From a virus: DNA of 64,000 nucleotides. A program made the translations under genes and the position numbers. This document shows, in pieces, positions 61,634-64,000 of this stretch (its first letter is position 1; each line of letters opens with the position of its first letter). Under the pieces are notes generated by a model. The model was not told where the DNA came from. It saw nothing but the letters and a program-made list of their open reading frames with translations, and ran no database searches. The stretch is from positions 9,554 through 73,553 of the IMG/VR virus record IMGVR_UViG_3300029813_000075. The stretch is one strand, 5' to 3'.

Positions 61634-64000
61634 TGTCATTACCAAATCTAGGATTCGGGTCAAAGACCGACCATGATCAACTAGGCGGGACTACGTACCC
61701 GCGATACATGGTGATGTATGCTGAGAGGAAACAAACTTCTGATAGTACTCCCAATGATGAAGATCCAATCTTTGGATTCAGAGGTGCAACTACACATACC
61801 ACTGGCACCGATGCCAAGGTGTACATGGGCATTCTCAATGGTGTGCTACCCACTCCTGAACACAATATCACGGTGTCAAATCTGAGTGCTGGCATTGAGA
61901 TTAAAACAGACAGTGTTATTGCCAAGCCTGGCATTATATTCAATCCCCAATCCGCTGCCGGACCTGCGGTAAACGGAAGCCTGTATTTTGATAGTGATGA
62001 TGGTCAGTTGTGGTTATATAGTGGCGGATGGACTGCTCTTACCACTGGCGCGGGAATGACTGCCCACGATCTCACTGGCGCATATCACACGGAAGACGCA
62101 ACGGGGGGCGCTGGGAATTTCCTTAAGGCCGACTCTGCAACCACATTTTCATGGCAGGCACACGGGTTGAGCGCTTCTGATGTAGGTGCATATACCACAG
62201 CTCAGGTTGACAGTGCCATTGATACTGATATTACAACTCATGCAGGTCTGTCAGATGTACATCATACACAGAACCATGCTCTGATAGATACTACTGGTCA
62301 TACTGTGTCAGGACTCACAGGTGGGCATTTCCTGAAGGCTCTCACTGCCACAACCTATGGTTTTCAGGCACATGGACTCAGTGCGTCTGATGTTGGGGCA
62401 TACACAACAGGTCAGACTGACAGTGCGATTGATGCTGATATCTCGACCCATGCTGGATTACCCAATGTTCATCACAGTGAATCCCACGTCTTGGCTACCA
62501 CAGGGCCGCATACTGGTACTCTTCCTTGGACCGACTTGAACAAGACGGGTTCTAGTCTTGCTGATCTGGCTACGAGGACTCATGCTAGTCTGAGTGACGC
62601 ACCTTCGAGTGCCCACCACACAAGATATGCTGATTCTGAGGCAGTGTCGGCAGTACAAGCTGCAAATCCATTGGCTCTGACGAATAGCCTAACAGTCGGG
62701 GGTGACATATCTGCTTCATCTCTTACATTTACCAGTGCTGTCTTCGGTACTTACATACCATATCAAGTGGCAAATACTGGTGTGGCTCCGGTCACGATGA
62801 GTCAGTTTCAATCATTGAGAAGGGGAGTCCTTCAGACACTTCACCCTCTGACTGGAGAAAAGGACCACTTCTATCTGATTGATAGACAGTCTGCATGGAC
62901 AATTGGAAGTACTGGTGGAACTCCATCCGGTGAGAACAACATGTTCAACAATCAGTTGGACAGTAATTGCCTCATAACTGTGGCAGACCTCCCTTACGTA
63001 CTTACCATTACCCATTCTGGGACAATCACCGCTACTGATGTTCTCTATCTGGAGATTCTGGGTCATAGACTGTCTGCTGGTGCATTCACCCTGAAGGAAT
63101 GGAAGGTCGAAGTACGTGAAACTGCTGGTTCGGTCTGGTGGACTGTCCTCGACAGAAGTGGTGTCACAGACCTACCCAACATCGCAGTCCCATTATGGAT
63201 TACTGGAATGGATGGAGTCGCCTACAAATCCATCGACGGAATCCGTCTGACTATCACCAGTGCCGATGGTTCTTCATGGGCACCTCTTGAGATATACCTA
63301 GCCAAACTTGCATTGATTAACACTAGACCTTCTGGAACGCCAGCAGAAGCAATTGGGGCTTTGGACATCGTTGGGGGAACAGTATATGGCAATGTCGCAA
63401 TAATTGGAGGCGACCTGACAGCGGCCAATATCATCACGGCAGGAAATGTCGATGGTGTCGATGTTTCATCTCATGCAGCAGATGGTGACATCCACGTTGC
63501 CCATTCAGGTGTCACAATCATAGCAGGCACAGGACTCAGTGGTGGTGGGACAATAGCAGCTGACAGAACGATCAACTGCGACATAACTCAGTACACGAAT
63601 GCAATGGCACTTGCTCATATAGTCGGGCAAGACCCATTGGCATTGACAAATGGCCTGACGGTTTCTGGATTTAATATTGAGATAGACTCCGCAGATCATG
63701 CGACATTCATTGCCGATGCGGCAGCAGGTTCCGATGCGAGGTTCTTCTTTCGGGAGAACGGTGTGTTCAAAGGACAGCTGCAATATGACTCTGGCAATGC
63801 TTTTGTTTCACTTGAAAACGCTACTTCAGCAGAGTCAATCCGTATGCATAATGCAGGAGGTACTGTGGTTTCAGGAAATATGACAGCGGCGAATATCATA
63901 ACAGCTGGAAATGTTGATGGTGTTGATGTGTCTGCATTCAAGACAGCTTATGACACCCACAATGTTGCGGATAATCATATCGCACATTCAGGTGTGACAA
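61633..64000 (+). CDS. Second His-rich fibre, at least 789 aa, 3'-truncated; absent from ORF track
   Basis: TAATG overlap with the spike; I translated the frame without a stop to base 64000; shares modules with 46098-49412. Confidence 0.88.
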   Translation, partial: MSLPNLGFGSKTDHDQLGGTTYPRYMVMYAERKQTSDSTPNDEDPIFGFRGATTHTTGTDAKVYMGILNGVLPTPEHNITVSNLSAGIEIKTDSVIAKPGIIFNPQSAAGPAVNGSLYFDSDDGQLWLYSGGWTALTTGAGMTAHDLTGAYHTEDATGGAGNFLKADSATTFSWQAHGLSASDVGAYTTAQVDSAIDTDITTHAGLSDVHHTQNHALIDTTGHTVSGLTGGHFLKALTATTYGFQAHGLSASDVGAYTTGQTDSAIDADISTHAGLPNVHHSESHVLATTGPHTGTLPWTDLNKTGSSLADLATRTHASLSDAPSSAHHTRYADSEAVSAVQAANPLALTNSLTVGGDISASSLTFTSAVFGTYIPYQVANTGVAPVTMSQFQSLRRGVLQTLHPLTGEKDHFYLIDRQSAWTIGSTGGTPSGENNMFNNQLDSNCLITVADLPYVLTITHSGTITATDVLYLEILGHRLSAGAFTLKEWKVEVRETAGSVWWTVLDRSGVTDLPNIAVPLWITGMDGVAYKSIDGIRLTITSADGSSWAPLEIYLAKLALINTRPSGTPAEAIGALDIVGGTVYGNVAIIGGDLTAANIITAGNVDGVDVSSHAADGDIHVAHSGVTIIAGTGLSGGGTIAADRTINCDITQYTNAMALAHIVGQDPLALTNGLTVSGFNIEIDSADHATFIADAAAGSDARFFFRENGVFKGQLQYDSGNAFVSLENATSAESIRMHNAGGTVVSGNMTAANIITAGNVDGVDVSAFKTAYDTHNVADNHIAHSGVT

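Noticed and set aside
1-64000. Integrase, att site, transposase, intein or homing endonuclease
   Set aside because: No tyrosine/serine recombinase, DDE, intein splice-junction, LAGLIDADG or HNH signature recognised. Lifestyle cannot be decided from this window.
1-64000. Bacterial phage or cellular contractile injection system
   Set aside because: PCNA, TFB, PolB1-type polymerase and PriS/PriL primase point to archaea; portal, protease and capsid genes show a true virus.

Overview
This window is a 64-kb piece of a large tailed archaeal virus (HK97-fold capsid, contractile tail). Both ends are cut mid-gene. The archaeal assignment rests on a PolB1-type polymerase, PCNA, a PriS/PriL-type primase, TFB, GGTGA ribosome-binding sites and TATA-like promoters; a TACK or Asgard host is only inferred. 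Layout: replication module (1-8.5 kb); DNA-modification island (8.8-14.8 kb); about 55 small accessory ORFs, many with zinc fingers, diverging from about 29.8 kb and including PCNA and an XPB-like helicase (14.8-37.2 kb); viral TFB (37.2-38.3 kb); morphogenesis block from portal to baseplate spike and a fibre running off the right end (38.5-64 kb). No terminase large subunit, integrase, tRNA or CRISPR array was recognised. Strongest leads: (1) an amino-methyltransferase whose catalytic SPPY module is repeated five times, each copy followed by a different variable loop; (2) a palindrome TTACG-N5-CGTAA in three divergent promoter regions, one beside the viral TFB operon; (3) PIP-box-like tails on PolB and on modification enzymes, suggesting PCNA-coupled DNA modification; (4) a multi-hairpin non-coding element after polB; (5) a YkgJ-type Fe-S domain fused to a virion-like domain inside a duplicated neck module; (6) a -1 frameshift signal and a probable CTG start in the tail operon. 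All family calls come from motif recognition by eye. No database search or folding program was run.
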